40,413 nucleotides of DNA from Chloroherpeton thalassium. Lineage in GTDB: Bacteria > Bacteroidota > Ignavibacteria > Kapaibacteriales > UBA2268. Positions 1 to 9,052 of this stretch are shown here, piece by piece. The stretch lies in assembly GCA_020720105.1 (NCBI GenBank), contig DYPF01000006.1, positions 1 through 40,413 of the forward strand, given 5' to 3'. Numbering within the stretch: the stretch's first letter is position 1; each line of letters opens with the position of its first letter. The notes below the pieces were generated by a model that was not told the origin of the DNA, ran no database searches, and saw only the letters and a list, made by a program, of their open reading frames with translations. The translations under genes were made by a program, and so were the position numbers.

Positions 1-36
1 AACGTGGGGTTGCTATTTGCTTTACAACACATTATT

Positions 37-68
37 ACAAAAAAAATCCCCGCTTTCGCTGGGGATTT
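37..68 (-). terminator. Rho-independent terminator (minus strand) downstream of the DUF4249-like/TonB receptor operon
   Basis: AAATCCCC (44-51) pairs with GGGGATTT (61-68), with an inner GC/GC pair and a TTTC loop. The forward A-run at 39-46 gives a T-tract after the stem on the minus strand. Confidence 0.6.
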
Positions 69-113
69 ATAATGTATTATTTGAAGGGGGGTTCTAATAA
101 TTCAATTTAGACT

Positions 114-200
114 GTCATTCTGAACGAAGTGAAGAATCTATCTTGTTGATTTTAAAAGATTCTGGATTCTTCCTCCCGACTTGTCGGGACTCAGAATGAC
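114..200. repeat. Nested palindromic intergenic element (GTCATTC...GAATGAC family), copy A
   Basis: GTCATTCTGA (114-123) is the perfect reverse complement of TCAGAATGAC (191-200). Inside are sub-hairpins: ATTCTGAAC/GTGAAGAAT (imperfect), AGAATC...GATTCT and CCCGAC-TT-GTCGGG. The architecture matches the core of the element at 20720-20788. Confidence 0.7.
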
Positions 201-205
201 AATTT

Positions 206-1081
206 TTAGAACTCCTTTACTGTAATGTTTCTTCCTATAAACAATCCTATACCATCACCTTCAATATTCCAACTAACATTCAGCCCGCCACCGCCAAATA
301 TTCCACTTCCTGTATCACCATTATATTGAGTAATCCAATAATTATAGTAAGATTTATCATAACTTGCAATAGCAAAAGTATTTCCAGCGATTATTTCATC
401 ATATAGTTTATTTGTGTCTATTTCGACATTTTGATAATAATAGCTGCCGAAGTTAATTTTTAGTTTTCCATCTGAACCTTTCTCTTCATATCTGGAAGGA
501 TCAGAGTAGAAATTTAAATATTTTTCCCCTTCCGAGAAAGTCCCACCTTGATACACTGCATTTGCTTCGGGTGTTATTTTGAAATACAAGTAAACATCAT
601 ACCACTTATTTCCCAAACCCGTATTTGTGATAATTTTGAATTCGTATCCCTCAACAGTAACTTGTGGTGGGATGTAAGTTTCGGCAGTTGCAACTTTATT
701 TTTCCATTCCACTCGCATATTATAATATTTTCCTTCTTGTGGAATTAATTCATAAGAGTAATAATAGCCATTTGCATATTGCAAAACGTAATCTTGTGTT
801 CCATCATTAATTATGAATTTAGCATCTGAAACTAAGGCTTTATCCGGGCTGTATGAATCTAATGGAGGTAGAGTTTTCTCCACACGAACTTTCTCTACAA
901 GTTTGCCTGGCTCTAATACGCATTTTATAACAAGTTGTTCCACATAAGGTAATTCGATATTTCCAACAGTTCGCTCGCAAGAATTAAAAGATAGTGTGAT
1001 TACGGAAAAAAGGATTATTATTATAATTTTATTTGCAATAAACTTATTTAAAATTGATATGTTTTTCATTTTCTTCTCCAA
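206..1081 (-). CDS. DUF4249-like lipoprotein, partner of the adjacent TonB-dependent receptor
   Basis: Signal peptide with lipobox (LSFNSC) and the size and position typical of DUF4249 genes downstream of CarboxypepD_reg TonB receptors. The start may be the second ATG at 1069, which has GGAG 8 nt upstream. Confidence 0.55.
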   Translation of the reverse strand: MEKKMKNISILNKFIANKIIIIILFSVITLSFNSCERTVGNIELPYVEQLVIKCVLEPGKLVEKVRVEKTLPPLDSYSPDKALVSDAKFIINDGTQDYVLQYANGYYYSYELIPQEGKYYNMRVEWKNKVATAETYIPPQVTVEGYEFKIITNTGLGNKWYDVYLYFKITPEANAVYQGGTFSEGEKYLNFYSDPSRYEEKGSDGKLKINFGSYYYQNVEIDTNKLYDEIIAGNTFAIASYDKSYYNYWITQYNGDTGSGIFGGGGLNVSWNIEGDGIGLFIGRNITVKEF

Positions 1082-1096
1082 TTATTTATTTTCTAA

Positions 1097-3400
1097 TTAA
1101 AATTTAAAACTAACACCAAAAGTTGGTATCATTGGGAATAATGTAATTTGTTTAATTACTTTTTTTGAAGTATTGTCATTACTATTCCAATCTTCAGAAA
1201 TGTACCAAGCGAATGGATTCTTCTGATTATAAGCATTGTAAATATTCAATGATAATTGCCAAGGAATATTAAACCAAGTGTATTTGTACATAAAATTTAA
1301 GTCCAATTTATGGAAAGAGGGCAATCGAGCTCCATTTCTATCTGTATATTGATATTTTTCCCAAGAATATCCATTTTCATCCATATCAAAAGCATAAGTT
1401 CCTGTGGGCATTGTGTAAGCTTGACCAGTACCATAAACCCAACTTGCTCCCAATTCCCATCTTTTGCCTAATTCATAAGTAAATACTAAGGAAATATCGT
1501 GCCTGCGGTCGTATCTTGGGTAGAACCATTTACCATTGTTCAAATCATCAAACTGCCTTTGTGTCCAAGATAAAGTGTAACCTAACCAACCTGTAATAGA
1601 TCCAATTCTTTTATTGATAAATAACTCTGCACCATAAGCAACTCCTCTGCCTTGTGTAAATTGCTCTTCTAATGGAATACCGAGAGTAAATGATGCGGAA
1701 TCTTTATATTCATAGAGGTTTTGCATATCCTTGTAATATATTTCACCAGAAACTAAATATTCGCCATCATTGAAAATATGTTCATAGCCCAACACGCCTT
1801 GCCACGACTTACTTGGAGTGATTATTGATGTTGATGGAAACCATAAATCTGTTGGCAAAGTAATATCATTTCGGACAATCAAATGTAAAAATTGATGAGC
1901 CAACGCAGCTGAAGCACTGATTGAAGAATTTTCTGTTAGTCTATAAGAAGCTGAAAGGCGAGGTTCTATTGCAAAATAATCTGCTTCTTGGAAATAATAT
2001 CCTCTTAATCCAATATTTGAAGAAAGCAAATCGCTAATTTGCCATTCATCTTGTGCGTAAATTGCTGCTTCAACCGAAGTGATGTCTCGCTCTAAAAATG
2101 GACTATCTTCAATTTCATTATTAAATTCAGCGTGAGATAGAAAGTTGTGAAGAATTGCTTCAGCACCTGCTTTTATCTTGTGGTTTTCATCAGGAAAATA
2201 TTGAGCTTCGCCCCGTAGCATATAATCTTGGATTTGTGATTTAGTCTCAAAATTGGTCTTAGTGTCTTCATTTTTTTCTGAAAGAAAAGTGCCAAAAGAA
2301 TAATCAGTATAGATTAGCGAAAAATTTGTGAATAATTTTGGCGAAATAATGTGCATCCACCTCATATTGGCTGTTTTATTTCCCCAGGAAATATCAAAGT
2401 TGAAATCAGTTTCCTCTGGTGCTTTCAAAACATCATCACATAGAAAGCCGCTCAAAAACAATCTGTCATTTTCTCCTAATTTATAATTAACTTTTGCATT
2501 TAAATCGTAAAAATAATAAGTTGGAACTTCATCAGGATCTTCGGCAGACATATTAACAATCAAATCCAAATACATTCTACGTCCAGAAATCATAAATGTA
2601 GAATTTTCATCTATTGGTCCTTCAAGCGTTAGTCGGGAACTTATCAAACTAACTCCACCCGAGCCCGAAAACTTTTCCTTGGTGCCTTCTTTCATAGTCA
2701 TATCCAATACGCTCGACAATCTTCCGCCGTATTCAGCAGGAAACGCTCCTTTGATTAACTTTATATCCCTTAAAGCATCTGCATTGAATACACTTAAAAA
2801 ACCTCCAAGATGTGTTGGATTATATACAATTACTCCATCTAATAAATTCAAATTTTGGTCAGGCGAACCTCCTCGAACATACAATCCGCTGGATAATTCT
2901 GTTGCTTGCTTGATGCCCGGAAGTAATTGCAATGTTCTGAATACATCAACCTCGCCACCAATTGAAGGCATTTTAGATATGAAACTTGGTGAAATTGTCA
3001 TTGTAGAGATGCGATTTACTGCTTCTTCGTCCAATCTGTCGGATTCCACTACAATTTCCTGTCCTTTTACATCAACTGTTTCGAGTTCGATATTCAACTT
3101 TAAATTTTGGCTTGGTTTCAATTCGATATTTTTGGTGAATGATTGATAGCCCACGCCCGTAGCCACTAATTTGTAATTTCCAGGTGGTAAATTTGTTATG
3201 GAATATAATCCGAATTTATTTGTGTATGCACCTCTGAAGGGTTTTGTGCTATTTTCTGTGTAAAGTGCAACTGTAAGTGAAATCACAACTTCGCCTGATT
3301 TAAGCTCCGTTACACTTCCCGAAATTGTGGAATTTGTACTTTGTGCATTCAGTTGTAAAGAAAAAGTGAAAAGCAAAAGGAGTAGAATGATTTTTTTCAT
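1097..3400 (-). CDS. TonB-dependent outer-membrane receptor with N-terminal carboxypeptidase-regulatory-like domain
   Basis: Signal peptide (LQLNAQS), CarboxypepD_reg-like segment (ISGSVTE...GNYKLVATGVGYQSF), plug motif (DVFRTLQLLPGI), long beta-barrel and C-terminal ...FGVSFKF. Confidence 0.85.
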   Translation of the reverse strand: MKKIILLLLLFTFSLQLNAQSTNSTISGSVTELKSGEVVISLTVALYTENSTKPFRGAYTNKFGLYSITNLPPGNYKLVATGVGYQSFTKNIELKPSQNLKLNIELETVDVKGQEIVVESDRLDEEAVNRISTMTISPSFISKMPSIGGEVDVFRTLQLLPGIKQATELSSGLYVRGGSPDQNLNLLDGVIVYNPTHLGGFLSVFNADALRDIKLIKGAFPAEYGGRLSSVLDMTMKEGTKEKFSGSGGVSLISSRLTLEGPIDENSTFMISGRRMYLDLIVNMSAEDPDEVPTYYFYDLNAKVNYKLGENDRLFLSGFLCDDVLKAPEETDFNFDISWGNKTANMRWMHIISPKLFTNFSLIYTDYSFGTFLSEKNEDTKTNFETKSQIQDYMLRGEAQYFPDENHKIKAGAEAILHNFLSHAEFNNEIEDSPFLERDITSVEAAIYAQDEWQISDLLSSNIGLRGYYFQEADYFAIEPRLSASYRLTENSSISASAALAHQFLHLIVRNDITLPTDLWFPSTSIITPSKSWQGVLGYEHIFNDGEYLVSGEIYYKDMQNLYEYKDSASFTLGIPLEEQFTQGRGVAYGAELFINKRIGSITGWLGYTLSWTQRQFDDLNNGKWFYPRYDRRHDISLVFTYELGKRWELGASWVYGTGQAYTMPTGTYAFDMDENGYSWEKYQYTDRNGARLPSFHKLDLNFMYKYTWFNIPWQLSLNIYNAYNQKNPFAWYISEDWNSNDNTSKKVIKQITLFPMIPTFGVSFKF

Positions 3401-3538
3401 AAAATAGTATTATTATATATTTGTTGAATGAAAATACGAATTAGACTAAATTATGTTTAAGAATTCAAGAATTTCATAAAATTTTCTCAAATAAGTTTTG
3501 ATATAATTCCTTAATTTTCCAATTATTAATTAAAAATT

Positions 3539-3550
3539 TGATAATTTGCA
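3539..3550 (+). promoter_or_regulatory. TGATAATTTGCA box, candidate promoter/operator upstream of nadK (same 12-mer upstream of nuoA)
   Basis: Exact 12-mer also found at 9013-9024. It lies 18 nt upstream of the nadK ATG and contains TAATTTG, a near-match (one base short) to the TAnnTTTG -7 box. Confidence 0.35.
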
Positions 3551-3567
3551 AAAAAAAATCTACGAAA

Positions 3568-4476
3568 ATGGAAAAAATTGCAATCTACGAAAATCAAAAT
3601 AAACCCGAAGCAATTAAATGGGCTGAATTTACAATTAATGTATTAGCTGAAAGGAAGTTGAAATCATTTGTTTCCAATGAACTTTTCGAGAAGCTTTCCG
3701 AATCTGCCCAAAAAAACGTAGAAGTGGTTAGTTTATCTAATTTCGAAAAAGTTGCCGATATGGTAATTACTTTTGGTGGAGATGGAACAATCTTATCAGC
3801 TGCACGCTGGGTTTATCGTAGCAATATTCCTATAATGGGTATTAATGTCGGCAAATTGGGTTTTCTTGCAGAATATCCACACGATAAAATTCGCGAAAGC
3901 ATTGATAATTTATTCAATGGTGAATATCGTATTGTTGATAGAGCAATATTATCTACTGAAGTTGATGGCGAAACCCTTTTTGCTGTGAATGATTTTGTTA
4001 TCGAAAAAATGTATTCCTCCAGAATGATTACTTTGCATACATATTCTAACGACCATTATGTTGCTTCCTATCGTGCTGATGGCTTGATTATCACTACTCC
4101 AACTGGATCAACTGCATATTCCTTGGCAAGTGGGGGACCGATTATCGCTCCTTCAACTAAGGTTGTTTGTATTACTCCAATTTCTCCGCATTCACTAACA
4201 TTTAGACCTTTAGTTTTACCAAATGAGAATGTGGTTAAAGTTCAAATTGAGTCTCCAACTGGTGAAGCAAAGCTTGTGGCAGACGGACAAATTGAAAAAA
4301 TCCTTAAAAATGGAGATGAAGTTGAATTTACTACTGCAAACTATAAAATAAAATTAATAAAACCTCTAAAAAGTACTTATTACGATGTTTTGAGAGCCAA
4401 ATTGCTCTGGGCAGTCGATCCAACATCTAAAAAAAATTGTTGTGAGGATAATGAAGAAAAATTAGGAATGGAATAA
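3568..4476 (+). CDS. nadK: NAD+ kinase
   Basis: GGDGT motif (ITFGGDGTILSAAR), NDF..E and TPTGSTAYSLASGGPI motifs. ATG 3568 is preferred over the TTG at 3538 because the promoter-like box overlaps 3539-3550. Confidence 0.85.
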   Translation: MEKIAIYENQNKPEAIKWAEFTINVLAERKLKSFVSNELFEKLSESAQKNVEVVSLSNFEKVADMVITFGGDGTILSAARWVYRSNIPIMGINVGKLGFLAEYPHDKIRESIDNLFNGEYRIVDRAILSTEVDGETLFAVNDFVIEKMYSSRMITLHTYSNDHYVASYRADGLIITTPTGSTAYSLASGGPIIAPSTKVVCITPISPHSLTFRPLVLPNENVVKVQIESPTGEAKLVADGQIEKILKNGDEVEFTTANYKIKLIKPLKSTYYDVLRAKLLWAVDPTSKKNCCEDNEEKLGME

Positions 4477-4609
4477 TTAAACATAAAATAAATTCAATCT
4501 GAACATATTTTTATGAATATTTGAATTATTTATTACAAGGTTAATATCAAAAATATCTTTTTTATCATTTTTTCAGTTAATATACATTCATTATTAACTA
4601 AATTTATCG

Positions 4610-4617
4610 TAAATTTG
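4610..4617 (+). promoter_or_regulatory. Bacteroidetes-type -7 promoter box TAAATTTG for nuoF
   Basis: Perfect TAnnTTTG, with 22 nt between the box and the nuoF ATG (4640). Confidence 0.5.
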
Positions 4618-4639
4618 TAAGAAATAAAATATTCAAAAG

Positions 4640-5968
4640 ATGATAAATTCTCCAAAATTAGTTTTACCCGAAATTCAGAACATTTCTGATATTGAAGTTT
4701 ATTTGCAAAATGGTGGTTACGAACAATATCGTAAAGCATTAAAATCAACACCAGACGAAATAACTAATGAAATTAAAAAGTCCAAATTACGTGGGCGTGG
4801 TGGGGCTGGTTTTCCAACTGGCTTAAAATGGACTTTTATGCCTAAGAATACCGACAAACCAAAATATTTGGCTGTAAATGGTGATGAATCCGAGCCGGGC
4901 TCATTCAAAGACAGACAAATTTTTGAATATAATCCACATCAATTGATTGAAGGAATAATGATTGCCGGTTATGCAATGGGCATTAAAGCTGCATATATCT
5001 ACATTCGTGGTGAATATCATAAGTGGGTCAAACTTATGCAAAACGCTATTGACCAAGCTTATGATAAAGGTTTCCTTGGCGAAAAGATGAAGCAAACTTT
5101 TGGTGGATCGTACTCAGTTGATATTTATGTTCATAAAGGTGCAGGTGCATACATTTGCGGTGAGGAAACCTCCTTGATGAATTCTATCGAAGGTTGGAGA
5201 GGCTATCCAAGGTTTAAACCTCCATTTCCTGCTCAATATGGTCTTTGGGGAATGCCAACAACCGTGAATAATGTAGAAACAATTGCAAATGTTCCTGCAA
5301 TATTACGAATCACACCTGATGAATACTTGAATATTGGTGCTCCAAATCATCCTGGTACTTTACTTTTTGGAGTCAGCGGTCATATTAATAAACCAGGTGT
5401 GTACGAATTGCCTACAGGAACACCTCTAAAAGAAATTATTTATGATGTTTGCGGTGGAGTTATCGGAAACAAAAAAATTAAAGCTGTTATTCCCGGTGGC
5501 AGTTCAATGCCTCCACTAACAGCTGATGAAGTTGAAATTGCAATGATGGACGAAGATAGTTTGGCAAAAATCGGCTCTCATATTGGAACAGGTGGTATAA
5601 TGGTAATGGACGAAGATACTGATATTGTTGCTGTTACCAAACGGATTGCTCATTTCTATCATCACGAATCTTGCGGTCAATGTACGCCTTGCCGTGAAGG
5701 TTGCGGTTGGATGGAAAAAATCCTTGCAAGAATTGTAAAAGGTGATGCTACTTCCAAAGATTTAGATTTATTAGTTTCGATAGCCAATAATATTGAAGGA
5801 AGAACAATTTGTGCTTTGGGTGATGCTGCTGCTTGGCCAGTTCGTGGTTTTGTAACTAAGTTCCGTGGTGAATTTGAAGCTAAGATTAAAGCAAATCGCT
5901 CATTTGTTGCACCAAATGCTACTCACGGCAGAAGAAAAACCCAAGACAAATTAGTTTTTGAAATGTAG
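4640..5968 (+). CDS. nuoF: NADH dehydrogenase 51-kDa subunit homologue (NuoF-like), stand-alone
   Basis: GRGGAGFPTG (FMN/NADH site), GAGAYICGEET, and the 4Fe-4S N3 motif ESCGQCTPCREG. There is no adjacent nuoE or nuoG. Confidence 0.85.
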   Translation: MINSPKLVLPEIQNISDIEVYLQNGGYEQYRKALKSTPDEITNEIKKSKLRGRGGAGFPTGLKWTFMPKNTDKPKYLAVNGDESEPGSFKDRQIFEYNPHQLIEGIMIAGYAMGIKAAYIYIRGEYHKWVKLMQNAIDQAYDKGFLGEKMKQTFGGSYSVDIYVHKGAGAYICGEETSLMNSIEGWRGYPRFKPPFPAQYGLWGMPTTVNNVETIANVPAILRITPDEYLNIGAPNHPGTLLFGVSGHINKPGVYELPTGTPLKEIIYDVCGGVIGNKKIKAVIPGGSSMPPLTADEVEIAMMDEDSLAKIGSHIGTGGIMVMDEDTDIVAVTKRIAHFYHHESCGQCTPCREGCGWMEKILARIVKGDATSKDLDLLVSIANNIEGRTICALGDAAAWPVRGFVTKFRGEFEAKIKANRSFVAPNATHGRRKTQDKLVFEM

Positions 5969-5996
5969 AAAATTTTCAGTATAAAAACATAATTTT

Positions 5997-6458
5997 ATGA
6001 CTTATCCTGCAAATTCACCTGAAGAATATATATCAATAATTCCCGAAGATAAGAAAGAAGCAATTTCTAAGCTTCGGGAAATTATATTAAATAATATTCC
6101 TGATGGTTACCAAGAAACAATGAGCTATGGAATGATAGGATATGTAGTGCCCAAAACAATTTATCCAAATGGTTATCATTGCGATACAAAGTTGCCACTA
6201 CCTTTCATTAGCATAGCTGCTCAGAAAAATCATATATCTTTATATCATTTAGGAATTTATGCAAATCAGGAAATACTTAACTGGTTTGTTTCTGAATACT
6301 CTAAAGTCTCAAAAACTAAGTTAGATATTGGCAAAGGTTGCATCAGATTCAAAAAAACTGAAAATATCCCATTTCAATTAATCGAGGAACTTGTTAAAAA
6401 GATAAGTGTTCAGGAATGGATTAATACTTATGAAACTAATATCAAGCCAAATAAGTAA
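5997..6458 (+). CDS. DUF1801 (YdhG-like) domain protein
   Basis: Size and pattern (SPEEYI...KKEAISKLREIIL...E.MSYGMIGY...ISIAAQKNHISLYH) resemble the DUF1801 family. Confidence 0.5.
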   Translation: MTYPANSPEEYISIIPEDKKEAISKLREIILNNIPDGYQETMSYGMIGYVVPKTIYPNGYHCDTKLPLPFISIAAQKNHISLYHLGIYANQEILNWFVSEYSKVSKTKLDIGKGCIRFKKTENIPFQLIEELVKKISVQEWINTYETNIKPNK

Positions 6459-6472
6459 TATATTGAATTACA

Positions 6473-6496
6473 ATCAATTAAGTAGTTTTAATTGAT
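6473..6496. terminator. Hairpin between convergent genes (possible bidirectional terminator)
   Basis: ATCAATTAA (6473-6481) pairs perfectly with TTAATTGAT (6488-6496) around a 6-nt loop. The stem is AT-only and has no strong T-tract. Confidence 0.35.
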
Positions 6497-6510
6497 ATAA
6501 ATTATATTTC

Positions 6511-7113
6511 TCAGAAAGATTGTATAAATGTACTAATTGTTGATGGTTCGAGAATTATCGTGAGAATAACTCCACTTAATGCACCCCAAAAATGAGCGCT
6601 ATGATTTATGAAATCTTCATTTCTTTTTGCAGCAAAATAACTCCATAATAAATACAAAACACCAAAAACAATTGCAGGCAACGGAAATGGTATTGGAAAA
6701 ATAATCATTTTCATAAATGGATTAATTAAAATCATCGAAAAAATTATTCCCGATATTGCACCCGAAGCACCTAATGAATAATAACGATAATTATTCTTGT
6801 GCTCCATAATTGTTGGAATATTAGCAATTACCATACTTCCAAAGTAAATGATGGCAAAGTTAATACTACTTATATACGATTCCAATGCAAAGGCAAAAAA
6901 GTAAAATGAAATCATATTAAATAGTAGGTGAGTTAGGTCGCTGTGTAAAAAACCACTCAATAAAACTGAAGTTAATTTCTTGCCTTTGGCTACTGAATAT
7001 GGATGTAAAGCAAATTTCTCAATTATTCTTTGGTTAATATATAGAGAATAAAAGCTAATTGCTATTGTAAAAATAAAAATTAGTGATGCAATTGGTGTTG
7101 ATAAATAATTCAT
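6511..7113 (-). CDS. Rhomboid-family intramembrane serine protease
   Basis: Six predicted TM segments, HSDLTHLLFNM motif, catalytic Ser in GASGAISG, and catalytic His in HSAHFWGALSG. Confidence 0.8.
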   Translation of the reverse strand: MNYLSTPIASLIFIFTIAISFYSLYINQRIIEKFALHPYSVAKGKKLTSVLLSGFLHSDLTHLLFNMISFYFFAFALESYISSINFAIIYFGSMVIANIPTIMEHKNNYRYYSLGASGAISGIIFSMILINPFMKMIIFPIPFPLPAIVFGVLYLLWSYFAAKRNEDFINHSAHFWGALSGVILTIILEPSTISTFIQSF

Positions 7114-7122
7114 AATGCAAAA

Positions 7123-8187
7123 TTACGAAAATTTTCCTGAAGCAAGATTTAAAATGCTTTGAGTAGCTATTTTTAAGTTATTGATAATGTTATTCACAAC
7201 CCAATAAAAAATTGAAAATGAACCGAAAATAAGCGAAATACTAATTAATGTCAATAACCAAAATTTGTAATTTGTTTTTTCATAGAGCTTGTTGGAAATT
7301 TCATTAACTTGTTCAACAGACTTTTTCTCGATAATTCTTAGGTCATTAATGTAAGATGTAACTTCTTCAAACCAAGCGGTTGGCTCAATATAGAATCCTT
7401 GATAATTAGGGTGAGTTAATACAAATTGTGTAATTTCACTTACTTTTGTACCTGTTTGGCTCTTGGTAATTTTGTCGTATTCTATTGATAGTTGTTCATT
7501 TGCATTGTCCCTAAATTGAGAAATGAATAATTCTGAATTGTTTATTAATTTTGAAAATCTATTATATGAATCAATATCAACATTTTGCTTAACAAAAACT
7601 GCATTCAAGGTAGCGCGAATCTGACCAAAATTTTCTTTATATTTTAGAATTCCTAAGTAAGCAGACAACTCTGAAAATAACTCGCTATCTATTGCACTAC
7701 TGATAACAAGTGCTTCTGGCAAATCGACCATCAAAGCAATTGTGTTAGTGTAAGCAAGTATTGCTTCTTTGGCATTAATGGAAAAGTTGTCAATTGTTGA
7801 GCGATTTTGTATTAAAGATTTTACATTGTTAAGAGACTTTTCAATTATTTTTTTATGTTCATTATTCTCAATGGTAATATGGGAATAATTCGCTTCAATT
7901 GATTTAGCGATGGAATTGGTTTCTTTCCTTTGTTGAGATAAATCATCTGCAAATTTTGCACCTTTGCTTGATAAAAAACCTGCTGTATATCCACGTTCTT
8001 TCTGTAGGCTATGTATTAATTCACCAAAATCACCAGACAACTTAATGGAATTATTAATTTCTTTGTATGTGTTTTTTTCCTCACTTAGTTCTTTAATAAA
8101 TAGAAAAGTGAAAATAACTAATAAAATCGAAATGATCGAAATTAAGAAAAATAGTTTTGTTTTTACTGGGTAATTATTAAAATTCAT
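7123..8187 (-). CDS. NIT (nitrate/nitrite-sensing) domain membrane protein ending inside a HAMP-like helix, with no output domain
   Basis: TM1 (LFFLISIISILLVIFTFLF), NIT hallmark LQKERGYTAGFLSSKG, TM2 (FWLLTLISISLIFGSFSIFYWVV), then only NNIINNLKIATQSILNLASGKFS before the stop. Confidence 0.7.
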   Translation of the reverse strand: MNFNNYPVKTKLFFLISIISILLVIFTFLFIKELSEEKNTYKEINNSIKLSGDFGELIHSLQKERGYTAGFLSSKGAKFADDLSQQRKETNSIAKSIEANYSHITIENNEHKKIIEKSLNNVKSLIQNRSTIDNFSINAKEAILAYTNTIALMVDLPEALVISSAIDSELFSELSAYLGILKYKENFGQIRATLNAVFVKQNVDIDSYNRFSKLINNSELFISQFRDNANEQLSIEYDKITKSQTGTKVSEITQFVLTHPNYQGFYIEPTAWFEEVTSYINDLRIIEKKSVEQVNEISNKLYEKTNYKFWLLTLISISLIFGSFSIFYWVVNNIINNLKIATQSILNLASGKFS

Positions 8188-8207
8188 TTTATTCCTTCCA
8201 AAAATTA

Positions 8208-8215
8208 CAAATTTA
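8208..8215 (-). promoter_or_regulatory. -7 promoter box TAAATTTG (minus strand) for the NIT-rhomboid operon
   Basis: Forward CAAATTTA is the reverse complement of TAAATTTG. There are 20 nt between the box and the start codon at 8187. Confidence 0.45.
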
Positions 8216-8251
8216 GTGAAAAAAAAAAGAAAATTAAACTAATTATTGGTA

Positions 8252-8875
8252 TTATTTTCTTTCAGAATACCAAACAGTCATACTGCTATCCATAAAATTA
8301 AAGATTTTACGAATTTTTCCATTTGATTTTTCAATTAAATCTTTGATATCTGTATTGGCTTGATAATTTCTAAAATTAGAAAAATGTTCACTTCCAGCAA
8401 CAAATTCTATTGCATAAACCCCCAATCCTGCCAAATTTCTCTTAATAGGCTTAGCATAATCCATAATAATTTGCTGGTTTGAATGTTTTATCATATTTGA
8501 AATGTAAGGAAGTCTCGATTCTTCGGGCATTTCATGAACTACATAAGAAGTAATTGCAAAATCAAAATCATTTGGAATATCCAGAACTTGCGTTGCATCT
8601 CCAAAAAGAAAATCAACATTTGTGATATTTAATTTTCTTTTTTTATTGTTGGCAAAATCAATATTTTTCGTAGATAGGTCAATACCTACAAAATGACTAA
8701 AATGATCATGGTGTTTTATACCTAAATATCCAGCACCACAGCCAAAATCAACTACTTTAGAGCCAATAGGAATTAATTTAATTATCTTAGAAAATAAAAT
8801 TTCGGAAAAGGGAGAAATGAAATTATAGTAGAATGAACCATCAAACCACTGATGTTTTGGTGTAACTTTATCCAT
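8252..8875 (-). CDS. Class I SAM-dependent methyltransferase
   Basis: Motif I VVDFGCGAGYLG and a post-I acidic residue (GIDLS). Substrate is unknown. Confidence 0.7.
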   Translation of the reverse strand: MDKVTPKHQWFDGSFYYNFISPFSEILFSKIIKLIPIGSKVVDFGCGAGYLGIKHHDHFSHFVGIDLSTKNIDFANNKKRKLNITNVDFLFGDATQVLDIPNDFDFAITSYVVHEMPEESRLPYISNMIKHSNQQIIMDYAKPIKRNLAGLGVYAIEFVAGSEHFSNFRNYQANTDIKDLIEKSNGKIRKIFNFMDSSMTVWYSERK

Positions 8876-9012
8876 AATTTAGCATAACCTAAAAAATAAT
8901 GAAAGAAATGTAATTAATTGAAAAGATAAAGAATTACAGAAATTTATCAAGTTTATAAATACGAAATTGTTGAAAATTTATTTTCTTAACACTTTGTAAA
9001 GTTAAAAAAAAA

Positions 9013-9024
9013 TGATAATTTGCA
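9013..9024 (+). promoter_or_regulatory. TGATAATTTGCA box, candidate promoter/operator upstream of nuoA
   Basis: Identical 12-mer to 3539-3550, located 28 nt upstream of the nuoA ATG at 9053. Confidence 0.35.
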
Positions 9025-9052
9025 TTATCTTAAATTTAACATTATAAAATTT

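Noticed and set aside
4493-4600. AT-only inverted repeats between nadK and nuoF (AATTCAA...TTGAATT, and AGTTAATA-N9-TATTAACT).
   Set aside because: The stems are short and purely A/T with no T-tract or conserved box. They cannot be distinguished from chance palindromes in this composition.
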